Assembly (NCBI GenBank): GCA_002269645.1
Contig: NIVC01002508.1
Coordinates: 1 to 64,000, forward strand
Direction: 5' to 3'
DNA: 64,000 nucleotides
DNA from: Macrostomum lignano
Taxonomy: Eukaryota
Part shown: positions 11,205-22,859 of the stretch, piece after piece
Position numbering within the stretch: the first letter of the stretch is position 1
How the letters are laid out: every line of letters begins with the position of its first letter
Notes under the pieces: generated by a model
The model's database searches: none
Told to the model about the DNA's origin: nothing
What the model saw: the letters and a program-made list of their open reading frames with translations, nothing else
Position numbers and translations under genes: made by a program

Positions 11205-11304
11205 AGTAGTAGTATGTTATAAGGGGCTGAGTCATCCAGCGAGCTGGCGCGCAATGCGCCCGAGCAATTAAGTGTGGCGCAGCCCCTTATAACATACTAC
11301 TACT
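11205..11304. repeat. 100-bp element with perfect 25-bp terminal inverted repeats starting AGTAGTAGT
   Basis: AGTAGTAGTATGTTATAAGGGGCTG (11205-11229) and its exact reverse complement (11280-11304), around a GC-rich 50-nt loop. Confidence 0.9.
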
Positions 11305-12470
11305 CATAACGCAGGCGGTGGTTATTTTGGATAAAGACGGCAAAGCTTTCTTCACTTCTGACCACATTATGTCATGCACTTCGGTTGTCTTGCGCTCGTG
11401 CAGAAGAAACATCACTGGACATGTAGGATTTCCTTCGAAAATTGTCAATCGTACAACTACTGGCGAAACAAGAGCTTCAGTCAAACAAAAACCCGTATCA
11501 TAGGACAGAAGCTGGTCTCGGTGCTCCATAGACAATATTGAGTCGACAACTTGAAGCAGACTTTGGAGGCCACTGACAATAGCAACGTCCGGAAATGTTT
11601 GGATTTTAGCAATGAAACCAGGAGTGTCATATGCGAAACAGTGAATAGCGAATAAAGAGTCACTTGAAAACTTAAGCAGTGATTGAACATTTTGGCCAAT
11701 GTTGTGAACCTGCTTTAAATTTCTAGGTTGATAACAAGGGTTGCTATTCGAAGCTTCATTGCCTGTGTGCAATCGATAAACTTTTGAGGGCGGCCCTTGA
11801 TGCTCAGTTAGATTGGCGGCAACTTTTGCACAAACAGATGGGCAGGTCCGAATGTATGGACCACAAGTTAAACGATTGCCATGAAAAAATTCCTCTGGCA
11901 TGCTGGCCGCATCGCCAATGTACTGCAGAAGGGTGCAACTAGAAAAGAAAGATGGAAGCATGTTTTGTAAATTGTGATATGGACAGATGCTGTAAAGACA
12001 GAAAGAATACGATCTCACAGACATACCTATTGTCAACAGTTTCATTTGCTAGAATTTGTCGGAAGGCATACAAACGCAAAGAGGCTGTTGAAAGCCGGGG
12101 AACCATCTTAAATTTAACAACAATTGGCTTTGATCTAAAATAGGAAAAGCGGAATTTTTCTAAATAGCTTCTTTTTAAAACTATTTTTTTTCATAAAAGT
12201 GGCATTACCTTGACAGTCTATCATGGCCATTATCTGACCAGGCATAGCCATCAGACTTCAATCATTTTCTTCACTGCTTCCGCTGGGCTTAAATAGATAG
12301 ATAGTACCACCACTAGACCTGAAGAGAGTCTTCTCAAAGACTTTCACATCACATGTAGAACTCTGTTGATTCGATGCTGCCCTGATTTTTTCAACTGCTG
12401 ACACTGCAGACAACATTGCCAAACTCTAACAGTCAGTGCAGTATTGGCAATTTACCTTCAGTAATCTGTA
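11305..12470 (-). pseudogene. Mutator/MULE-like transposase fragment, spliced and 3'-truncated
   Basis: LLQYIGD...HGN...YIRTCPSV...PRNLKQVHN...QLLSYDTGF...SPVVVRLTIFEGNPTCPVMFLLHERK (YDTTF-type first catalytic D). An upstream exon at ~12210-12465 reads IYLFK...D*KSDGYAW. Breaks off at the 100-bp IR before the second D. Confidence 0.7.
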
Positions 12471-12499
12471 ACAAAGAAATTAGAGTTAGGAATTAGAAA

Positions 12500-12760
12500 T
12501 TAGGAGCAAGAAATACAGGATTTCCATGTGTTTTTGACTGCTAATAAACTAAGCTACTTTTAGTTGGAGGGGTATCTCACTATAAGACTAATAAATAGAC
12601 AGATTGTAATAGGAACAAGGAATACAGGATTTCCATGTGTTTTTGACTGCTAATAAACTAAGCTACTTTTAGTTGGAGGGGTATCTCACTATAAGACTAA
12701 TAAATATATAGATTATTATAGGAATAAATACAAGATTCACATGTGTTGTTGACAGCTGCC
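12500..12760. repeat. Tandem duplication (~110-bp period, ~2.5 copies)
   Basis: ACAGGATTTCCATGTGTTTTTGACTGCTAATAAACTAAGCTACTTTTAGTTGGAGGGGTATCTCACTATAAGACTAATAAATA repeated. Confidence 0.85.
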
Positions 12761-12881
12761 AATGAAAACTGAACTACAATTAGCTAGAAAGATGTCTCAC
12801 TATAAAATTAGAAAATAGTTCTATAAAGTTTTATAATTTTATAGTTCTAATAGAAAAATATAAATAGTTCCTATATTTTAC

Positions 12882-14589
12882 TAGTGTTCCGCCGTAAGGA
12901 GGGTCCATGTACCATAGCCGTAGCCGTAAGCAAAACTACGGCTTACTCCAATTCTCCGTATTCCGTAGCCGTAGGGACCCCAAAATTACCATATTCCTGT
13001 AGTTCCCGTAGCCGTAGCCGTAGTTTTAACATTTTAACAAAAAGTCTAAAAAACAAAATATTTTGAATCAAGAAGATAACCTAGTGCTTAAACAACTGCA
13101 AATTAAATTAGAAAATAAAAGAAACACGTAATTGTGTTTATAAGATTATATTTCGTCTTTTTTAGAGCAACAATACTTAATCAGTATTGAAAGTACTAAG
13201 GCTGAAGTTTTTCACATTAATAAAAATTAGAATTTGCTAGTGTTTTATTGTACTTTTTATGTATATTTTATAAGTTTCTAGGTTCATAATACATTTTACT
13301 AAAAGTTTTTTTGTTTTACTCTACCGGTTTCTAATATTTTTTTTTCAATTTTTAACATTCGAGTTGAGAAAAGGAAAAGAAAAAATTAATACCTCTTGGT
13401 TTGGGCGGGTTGGTTTTCTAAACCTTTGAACTGCCGCCTTCGTGATCTTGGCACTCGTAAAGCCGGAAAATTTCACAGAATAATCGGACGCTTTTCTCCT
13501 TTGTTACTCCGACTGCCGGGTTCCTCAAGTCCGGGGGGAGGGTAGTCATAATCGTAGCAGAGCGGTCGTTAGAGCGGCACGGTCGTTCAGATGGTATACA
13601 CCGGAGCTTTTGACACCGTAGAAATTACGCGTTGAAATCGTTGAACTGCTTACTTTCAGTAGGGTAGAGCTGCCACCACCGTAAATTCGCGTATTACGGA
13701 ACGTTGAATTCTCAGAGCTTTCTTGGAGATGAGAACTTTTGGTTGTTTTATGCCCCAGGGGCAAATGACTTAATATAGACTATAGCGAATGCTTCAGTTA
13801 GTGGATGCCGAAAGTTAATTAGCAAATTAATTAAAGTTTTATTAAGTTTAGCCGCAAGTTTATTAGTCGAAAATTAGTTATAGTTATTTGAGCGACGTAA
13901 AGCGAATTACGATCAAAGATGCTGATCCGGCGTACCGGGGTGCTAAGCTATTACTATAAAATCAAAGCCTAATGGATGAACGGAAAACTGAAGTTACAGG
14001 AGGTTACGGAGGGTACCGAAAAGAAATGTAGTAGAGAAAGGCCAAATGTAGATTGAACACTATTATTTCGCATGCATTAAATATTGAACCGTTATTGTAA
14101 GGGCAGCAATCGGGATAAACGAAGGCCAACACTGGGGCCAAAGCCGGAAGTTGCCAATAGTGCAGCAACGGGGCAAAACAAAATAATAGGCAGAAATCAA
14201 GCAAAAGTGAATTAAAGCACAGAGGTGGGGCAACAAAAGGACCAAGGCCGGGAAAGGACAGACCACAAGAGGGCGCAACAGCGGGACCAACCAAAGGGGC
14301 AAACCCGGGAACAGAAGATGGCGGGGACTACGTCATTCGCACCTCATGGTGGACAAAGTGGGCCAAACCCGGGGACAAACAAAAAACACCGTGGTAGCCT
14401 CACCTACCACACATTAATAACTACGGCTACGGGAATCTACGGAATGTGACAGCAACTACCATATTTCCGTAGTCGTAGCCGTAAGAGCAGCTAGCTACCG
14501 TAGGCGTATCCGTAGCTGCCGTAGGCACCTATTTTACCGTATTTGCCGTAGGATCCCGTAGCCGTAGCTACAGCTACGGCGGAACACTA
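12882..14589. mobile_element. Non-autonomous hAT-type element
   Basis: 15-bp TIR TAGTGTTCCGCCGTA (12882-12896 / 14575-14589), perfect 8-bp TSD TATTTTAC (12874-12881 / 14590-14597), many subterminal GCCGTA/TACGG motifs. Confidence 0.9.
13397..14413 (-). repeat. LTR-like dispersed repeat, copy A (nested in the hAT element)
   Basis: Shares core blocks (CCGGGGGGAGGGTAGTC, GCTGCCACCACCGTAA, GCCCCA-GGGCAAATGACT, CTACCACACATT) with copies at 19.3-21.3, 38.6, 58.6 and 61.5 kb. Confidence 0.7.
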
Positions 14590-15099
14590 TATTTTACATT
14601 TTATGCATAGACAGCAGAGGCTTATGGCATAGGGGACACACGTCTCCTAAAATAGAGTCATGTTGTCAAGAATTTTAACAGAACCCTTTAAAAAAGAAAA
14701 GTCTCACTGTTGTGTTGGTACTAATTTAGTATAGGCCTACTTAATATACAAATTTGATAATAAAATAATATTTTTTATCTTAGTTTAAATTATATATGCT
14801 ATGAAAACATCTTGGTAGGTATTAAATACAATGTTCAAGTGTTTTCTATATAACTAAGCTAGGCCTACCAACTTTTAGATCTATATTTTCCTGAAATTCT
14901 AAAACATTCATGCATAGCACAAATATAATAACTTGCTGAACATAACATATACAGTCCAATATCCAGTTTATTTTTTTGGTCTTCACAGTGGTCTTCATCC
15001 TCATACCCGGTGGGAAAAAAGCTGGCGGTCCGCAAGCGCTGCCGCCATCGGTATCGCCAGCGGCCCGGCAGTCGGGATGCGCCACGAAATGCTAGCGGC

Positions 15100-15230
15100 C
15101 CGCCAGCGGCATGCCGCCGCTTTTCCGCCAAAAGTGCTGATATGCCAGCGGCATGCCGCCGCTTTTCCGCCAAAAGTGCTGATATGCCAGCGGCATGCCG
15201 CCACTATGCCGCCGCTTTACCGGCAGCGCT
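15100..15230. repeat. GC-rich 42-bp tandem repeat (~2.5 copies) with GCGGCATGCCGC palindromes
   Basis: CCAGCGGCATGCCGCCGCTTTTCCGCCAAAAGTGCTGATATG repeated. Confidence 0.85.
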
Positions 15231-15589
15231 GGCGCTACTACTACTGCAGTACAGTACTACTACTTGATTTACAGTGAGATGCCCGCTACTTTTCCAGCAG
15301 TACTGCTGATTTTCTAGAGGCATAGTTGCCACTTGCTGGTTGCCACCAGCAAAATACGCAGGAACGGCAACATTTATCAGACGGCAGCATCGGAGCAAAA
15401 TGATTTTAAGAAAAGAGTGTGCTCTTATTTCATGCTCATTAAGTTCTTTGCTTGTTAATAGGATGATAGAATAAGGTATAAGTATATTTTGTCGCATTTT
15501 CTACATAAAAAGTTTGTGATTGTTGACCAGTGACAGTCAACAGTCAATATATATATACAGTATATATTTAGTTCAACATTAAAAGCAAG

Positions 15590-17239
15590 ACAAAAACTCC
15601 AGCCTTGACCTTTGCCTCCGAAAGTCTTGGAAACAAGTGTTGTAAGTACTCAAAAGCTGAGCCTGTCTGATCCAACTGCTTCACAAACTGCTTGATCAGT
15701 CCGAGCTTCATGTGCAATGGTGGCATAAGCACTTTTGCTGGATCGATTAGTGGATCGTACTTGACGTTGTGTGGGCCAACTAAATACTCCGATCTCAGCG
15801 GCCAGTTGCGCTTGCGGTAGTGGTTGCTCGTATCTCGGCTGTCCCAGAGGCAGATGTAGCATGGGTACTTGGTAAAGCCACCTTGAAGTCCCATTAACAG
15901 GCCAATCATTTTAAAGTCACCGATGATATCCCAGTTGAACTGACTGTACTTCAGAGCATCCAACAGTACCTTTAGATTAAAGTGCTCTTCCTTCATCTGC
16001 ACTGAGTGAGCCAGAGGAATGGCAGGCAGCCGGTTGGTGTTGTGGAGCAGCACAACCTTCAGACTTCTGCAGGAACTGTCAATGAACAGACGCCATTGGT
16101 CAGTGATGCAAGGAACTTTCATAGCTTCGAAGAGACCTTTGACATCATGACAGTAGCAGAATATGTCCTCAAGCGTAAAAAAGCTGAGAATTCCCGATGT
16201 CGCTCTCGCTGAAAAGTAACGCGAACACTGTCATCAAGCAGATCCCACTGCTTCAGGCGCGAGATGAGCAACTCTGCATTGGACTTGGTCAAAGAGAGAT
16301 CTCGGACAAGGTCGTTAATGTCCTGTTGCTTTGGATAGTATGGAGATCTCGTGACAGTGTGAGTCCGGCGTCTTCTGCAGTCTGATGATGGAGCAACCTC
16401 TTCTTCAGACTCATCTGAGTAGACATCTTCTTCTGTAGATGCCGCCTGGGGAGGCTGAGGTACAGGCAGGTGGCTGGCATTGTGAGGAACAGGTGCCATT
16501 GACGACGGAATGTCAGGGTAACTGATTGGGGTTGCATTCTTCCCCTTGCGCCTCTTGGTTGGGTCTACCATGCAGAAGAAGCAGTCATTTAGGTGATATG
16601 TTGGCTCTCGCCACACTCTAGGAATAGCGAAGGGCATTGCTCGCTTTTCCCCTCTGTACCAGCCTTCAAGTGTGCGGCAGCAGTACTCGCAGATCACATG
16701 CGGAGCCCAGGGCTTGTTTTGGTCACCTACTGGCATACCAAAGTACGCCTGATACGCTTGTTTTGCCACAGCACGCCCATCCAGCTTGTGTTTCTTTGCT
16801 GACTTGGCAAAGAATTCGCCACACACGTAGCAGAAGCTGTCCGCTCCGTACTTACATCCCCTTGAAGCCATGGTGTCAGCAACAATAACGTTGAACGATT
16901 CGTTTTGAAATGAATGGCTGCAATGAGTAGCATACATGTACCACGTTGTTAGCAAATGAACAAATCAACACACAGGCATACCAATATATGACTTAACATG
17001 CACTCTAGAGCATCTACTGTTGAAAAAAATATTCAGTGAATGAAAAAAGAAAATCAATAGGAAAAAACATAGCTTTTAGCATAAACAAAACACATAATCT
17101 CAAATAACTGAAGTCAGGCTTGCCAACCCAAAGTTTTTAAGCAATCAGCGATTAAATTGGGTTCAGTAGTTGACCTAGACTAAGAAAAAGCGATTTTTCA
17201 ATGAAGGACAAGATTTTTATTTATTTTTGTTACACGGTG
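15590..17239 (-). mobile_element. Chapaev3-like (CMC superfamily) DNA transposon, 5' portion
   Basis: Terminus CACCGTGTAACAAAAA on the minus strand at 17239. Transposase as listed separately. Truncated at ~15590 next to a TA-rich tract. Confidence 0.75.
15592..16871 (-). pseudogene. Chapaev3-type transposase, one frameshift, C-terminally truncated
   Basis: FCYVCGEF; DQNKPWAPHVIC; WREPTYHLNDCFFC; NDLVRDLSLTKSNAELLISRLKQW; LFIDSS; GLQGGFTKYPCYICLWDSR; PPLHMKLGLIKQFVK; LSEAKVKAGVF. One T is missing from a T6 run at ~16180. Confidence 0.85.
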
Positions 17240-17675
17240 AATTTTCTTTTTATTCTAAAATTTTCTAGAATTCGAATTCTAGAAGGGAAACCCGCAGATT
17301 TTCTACTTATAGCCAGTATTTTCTATTAATGGTTGATTGGGGTTGCCTGGGAAAACGGACGAGTTATGTATTGCATGTGCCAAGTAAAGAACTAGGAAGA
17401 TTGTTAAAGAGTTGGGGGGGTTGAGAAGGTTGGGGGTTTAAACAAGGAACTAAATGGGCGTTTCTGAAGCTAGGCAAGGGATCTTTTGAGCTAGTTAAGG
17501 CTTAAGCTGGGCAAAAGCTTTTTTTCTTTAAAAGCTGCACACGCCGCTCGCGCTATGACAAGAAACAGCTGCCATACCCATTCCGCTATCACGCACCCGC
17601 CACACAGCAAAATACCATGCGTAAAAATATCTATTAATGCAGTCTTAAAGTCTTAAAGCGTATTGTAACGACATT

Positions 17676-17915
17676 CTACAATTGCCTAATGATTTCTGCA
17701 AAGTTATAGTAGCTGTCGTAATCTTTTACGTAGGTTACTCCATACTTATGAAACCAGTGTCTTTGGAGAGCTAGATTAATATTAGGTACATTGATATCAA
17801 CGCCAGGCCAATATTTTCTCATGTACTCGCTGCATTCAAGTTTGCATCGGTACTTACTCTTGTAATTAGGCTCGTGCGCTTTGTAATAAGAACCTGGAGA
17901 GACAACTGGAAACAT
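17676..17915 (-). CDS. Hypothetical 79-aa Tyr/Lys-rich protein
   Basis: ATG in TATAAAAAATG context, protein-like composition. No recognised family. Confidence 0.3.
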   Translation of the reverse strand: MFPVVSPGSYYKAHEPNYKSKYRCKLECSEYMRKYWPGVDINVPNINLALQRHWFHKYGVTYVKDYDSYYNFAEIIRQL

Positions 17916-18090
17916 TTTTTATAGAGAATTTAATTTTTTTCAAAGGGTAAGGACACTGGGTTAGGGGATTTCAAGTTTTAGGGATCTGGTTTCAACGCTT
18001 CGCGTTGCGAATTGAATGTGGGGAGAAGAATGCAGATTTTTTTTCTGATTGTTTCGAAGATGCTATGGGTGGATTTGGAGCTGGTATGCT

Positions 18091-18245
18091 CAGAGCATAA
18101 CAGTAGGACACCTGTTATGCTCTGATTCTGTCAGGGATAATATGGATGGATTTAATGGGATTATGGAGGACGTTTTGTGAGCGAGTGCGACCCCCTTTTT
18201 TCTGATTCTGTCAGGGATAATATGGATGGATTTAATGGGATTATG
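18091..18245. repeat. 13-bp-stem hairpin plus 45-bp direct repeat (80-bp period)
   Basis: CAGAGCATAACAG-N8-CTGTTATGCTCTG (18091-18124); identical 45-mers at 18121-18165 and 18201-18245. Confidence 0.85.
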
Positions 18246-19354
18246 AGGGATGTGAAAAATTTTGTCCCAGAAGCCCCCTCATGCATTCTACTCCTTTCTA
18301 TTCCAAATTTTACACGGATTTATGTTTCTCCTCTTGTCGCCACAACATCGTCAAATCTCGCACGGGCCGCCAGAGGGCCGCTACGAGTTTTCCCACCGGG
18401 TAAGGAGCCACATCTGAGAAATTGCCATTATTTATGCAAATAGAAACTTGCTAAAAAAAGATGACACTGCGATGATGAACTGCAAGACAGGAAAAGCTTC
18501 CCATTTCACGATTGATTTAGATAGATTTTCTCGGCGCAAGCCCGTCGAGTAGTAGGCCTTACACTATTTAATTTTTTCATACGCACGCATGATGGAGAGG
18601 TAAGATCGCTTCTAAAATAAGACCTGTAAACTGTCGAATGAATATAAATTGGTCGTCATAGTACAGTCAACGTAGCAAAGAAGCTCAAAACATTTACTTG
18701 AAACAACAAGTGAACTAATGTTAAGATAAGTGACGAATTCACGGCCCGGCCTGAACTGGGCCGCGAAATAGCAACACCCATTATTCATACGGTACCGTGC
18801 GAATAGCCACTTCCCTTGATTATACCTATCAGTAAAGTAATTTAAACTGATATTTACTATTGTTAAAATGAATATCAATATCCACACTAAAAGAACAACA
18901 CTAGTAAAAGCAATTTACTGAAGCAGCATTGACAAATATTTCTCACTTAACGATTTGTTATAAATTACCGTCTCAAAATGTAGAAAACATGTTTAGACTG
19001 ACCATCTACCCATTTAAAATATTAAACTAGGTTTTTATAACCCTTGAAACATTGTTCCAAAATACTTACCGGTTTTTAAGTAAAATCTTGTCATTTTTTT
19101 GTTGTACTAAGGACGTTAAAATCAGGCTCTTCATAATTGCTTGTTCTGGTTCTAGAACCAGAACCATTTTTTAAAGTATAACTTTTTGTCTCCTAAACTA
19201 GAGGGATATTAGTGTTTTAAAATTGTGATTATTGAATGGCAAAAGCCAAAAAGAAAGTGAAAAATTGTGCAAAGTTAAGGCAGTAAAACATTCAACAAAG
19301 GTAAATAGTTTTACTGCTTTTTTCTTGGAAATCCGAACCGATTCTGGTTCTTGA

Positions 19355-21300
19355 ATTGAGGTGGGGTGGAGAAAAAGTTTTTTTCGAATTTGAAGTTTGC
19401 TGACACTTGTGAGGTGGGGCGGATTCCACGTTTGGATTTCCGCCGACGTCGAGTTCGCACGAATAAAACCGGAAAAATCGCGCAGTTGAATCTCAACGGG
19501 AAAACTTTCTCCTTTTACTCTGACTGCCGGGTTCTCAAGTCCGGGGGGAGGGTAGTCGTAATCGTAGCAGAGCGGTCGTGTAGCGGTTCGGTCGTTCAAA
19601 GCGATGAAACACCAGAGATTTTGACACCGTAAACTAATGCGTCGAGTTGCTGAGTTTGTTACCTTCAGTAGGGTAGTTGCTGCCACCACCGTAATTTACG
19701 TATTACGGAACGAATAAGTCTCAGAGCTTTCTTTGAGATGAGAACTTTGGTTATTTTACGCCCCACGGGCAAATGACTCAATAAAATGTTATGGCTTAGA
19801 GATCAACGAATAAGTATGGATTTATTATTGGGGTCGTTATTATTATTTATTGTTGAGCAGGCGAAAGTAATTAATATAATTGTAGACGAAGATGATGGTC
19901 GCAGGCGGTGCCTGGGTGCTGAATGCAAAAGAGATTTAAAACAAACTAGGTGCGCCGGATAAGTATGAACTGATTCGCAGAACAGATCGGAAAGGCGGGA
20001 AAGGGGAGAGGAGAAGACTACAATTTCACCTGAAAAATAAGGGGTTTAAATAGCCAGCAAAAATGATTCTCCCAATGGAGCAACGGCTGGACTGGGTGAT
20101 GGACGCGCACAATTCACATCATGGATTTCACGCAAAATTTACCGTAAGGAGCGCGTTTTAACAAAAGCTTCAGCATGAGGGCATGCATGAGCAACCGCGT
20201 GGAATATACATTGGACAAAACTGATGGACGAAGTCCAACTGGGGGAAAGGCTGGACTCAAACCAAGCTAAGGAAAATCGAGAAACAGAACATCACGCGGA
20301 CAGTCAAAATTGGTCACCGAAATCGTCACAAGTCACGTTCATGAGGTGGGGGCGGAGGAAGAAAATTTATGGTAGACTTGGCGGTTGCGGATTTTTAACT
20401 CTGGGTTTCTTCGAAACCGCTCGTCGTTGCGTTCGCACGAATTGAAGCTGGAAGATCGAAGAAGACGAGCGGTCTTCGTTAGGCGCGAGCGTTCAGAGAG
20501 GGTCCTCAGACACCGTAGTTAATGCACTTCGATTTCTTGACTGATTACTGTTAGTAGAGTAGCGCTGCCACCACTGTAATTAATTTACGTACTACGGAAC
20601 GTTGAAGTCTCAGAGCTTTCTTTGAGATGAGAACTTGGTTGTTTTACGCCCCACGGGCAAATGACTTAAGATAAACTACGGCTCTTAATTAGGTATTAAA
20701 CGAAGAACAATAGACGTCAGTTTATTAACCAATCACTAAAAATTACTATTATAGCGGAGTCGACCAGACGACAGAAAGTTCCGGGGAGCCGCGTTGCGGG
20801 TCTCTAAATTAGTTAAATTCGAATCACTAGTCTTAGTATTTGGCTTTACTCAACTAGGAACAAATAACAAGTATTAAATTTATGTATTAAGTTTATGTAG
20901 CGATAGAAGGGGGGGCGAGTGCGAGAAGGGAGGAGGAAGGAGAAGGAAGGAAGGCAAACTGGGGGCGGAAGGGAGAGAGAGCCAAGTTAAATAACAAAAA
21001 AGGAGCAGAAGGTGGGCAAGGTGGTCCAGAGAATGGGGACAGGACGTTGACTCCAAGGCCCAGAACTTGGCGAGCAAAATTTCGCAGAGATACACAAAGA
21101 AAAACAAAACTAAACAGAAAAAGGGCACGAAAATCCAGAAAGAGGGCAGTTATGCCAGAAAAGGAACAAATACGTCATAGAATTCGCCAAAGGGTGAACG
21201 GATAGGGCCAGAAATGGGGCGGCGGCAAAAGGGACGGTCCATAAAATGTTATTATAAAATTTAAATATTCGTTAGTGGAAGTCCGCAACTACCACACATT
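19355..21300 (-). repeat. LTR-like dispersed repeat, tandem copies B (~19355-20335) and C (~20340-21300)
   Basis: Same conserved blocks as copy A. Minus-strand ends CCCCACCTCA(CA); copy C begins (AA)TGTGTGGTAG. Confidence 0.7.
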
Positions 21301-22543
21301 TATCATGTATGCCTATCGTAAATTGTATTAAATTAGTAATTCTAAAGAGAGCTCTATAGAAAATATTGAAAAAAGGACCAAACAATTTTCTTGGAAATAT
21401 TGCCAAGGGGCAAGGGAGCCATGGCCCCCTCAGAAGCAAGAAAACTTGTACTGTTTTGCCCCTGACTAACTATTTGGCCATCTTCCCTTTGGAACCTAAA
21501 TACCCATTTTGGCTGTTAGACTTAGTCTTAGACACCTATTTTGGTGCCTAGACACCCATTTTCGCACTCAGACACCCACCTTGGCTCCCAAGGAGACACC
21601 TCTGAGATAACCAAGCATTGGCTTGCCCCCCTCAGGAAATTCCTGGATCTGCACAAGACATTGGTGGTATATAAAGATTATAATAAAGCTACGAGTAGTA
21701 GTAGTATGAGTATAGTATATATGATTATAGTTTATTGCTACAGAGTATGGTATATAACTTAAGCTAATGGTAAATAAAAAGTCAGTGCTCAAATATAGTT
21801 ATTAAGTTTAGCAATTTTGTTCCAGTTCTAGCTAGAAAGCTATGGTTGGTTTTACTTTTTTCCTGACATAATAAAAAACTTGTTCTGCGAGTTTAATTTC
21901 TTTGAAATGGGTCCTTTATTTTAATTTTTAGACAAAATGCTTGCCTTCCTGATCTAGTGTCTACTCATTGTCCCTATTTAATGTCCACTCATCAGTCTCA
22001 TTTTCTCTATACTATATGCACTTTTTAACCTTGAATTTTGTTCTTTGTAACTAGAAGCACTATATTGTGACCTTTTTAAATCATATAAATACTAAATCTG
22101 ATATTTGATCATGAACTGCTTGTAATAAAAAATATTGCAAATGTATATTTTGTGACCACAGGTGTCCATTTATCTATGCCCCTTTGAAATGTTATCATGT
22201 TTTTTAGTAACTCTATGATTGATTTCAATAGTAGGTATGTTGTAAAAAGCTTTTTTTGCTTAGTTTTTACTGCTAATTTCTGCAATATGATTTAACTAAA
22301 TGTCTTAGCTTACAATTTATAGCACAATATATGTACTCATTGACACTTCCAATTTGTATTGAGTTAATTATCCATTCACTGAGGTTTAGTATCAGTGGAA
22401 ACACAATAGAAAGAAATTTTTATAAAGAAAACATGCCTTTTGTGTTTTGGGCTTCATATATTAGGCTTTTGGTACCTTTTTAGACCATGAAATCTATATA
22501 AGTTTTGGATTCATCCACCGGCCCGTAGGCTGTGTTTTTGCCC

Positions 22544-22815
22544 GTCGGCAACCTCCGGCCCGTGGGCCAGATACGGCCCTCAGAGCTTCTCCGTCTGACT
22601 ACAGACCTCTCACATCTTTTCTCATCTTCCCTCTCCCCCTCTCTCCTCACCTCTCATATTCTCTCTCTTCCCCTTCTTATCTATTCTACTCTCCCCTCTC
22701 CTTTCATCTCATGTTAAAGTACATATGTTCTGAAGTTATTACTCAAACACTGGCCCGCAGTCATGTGTTGTAATCTCTATTTGGCCCTCAAGCAGAAATA
22801 GGTTGCCGACCTCTG
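22544..22815. mobile_element. hAT/Charlie-like MITE remnant
   Basis: GTCGGCAACCT...CGGCCCGTGGGCCAGATACGGCCC at left, AGGTTGCCGACCTCTG at right. Confidence 0.6.
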
Positions 22816-22859
22816 TCTTAGACTCATAGCACCTGAATTGTCATCGGGACGTAAAGAAA

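Noticed and set aside
13385-14419. ATTAATA as a 7-bp TSD for LTR-like copy A
   Set aside because: CACACATT is shared by other copies, so part of the match belongs to the element. An AT-rich chance match is likely.
18612-18887. 91-aa minus-strand ORF as a membrane protein or exon
   Set aside because: No recognisable motif and no convincing splice or start context.
19198-19780. DIRS-type RT/RNase H or other coding remnant in the LTR-like family (LRWWQQLP; YDYDYPPPG)
   Set aside because: Indels between copies do not preserve any one frame and no catalytic motifs are seen.
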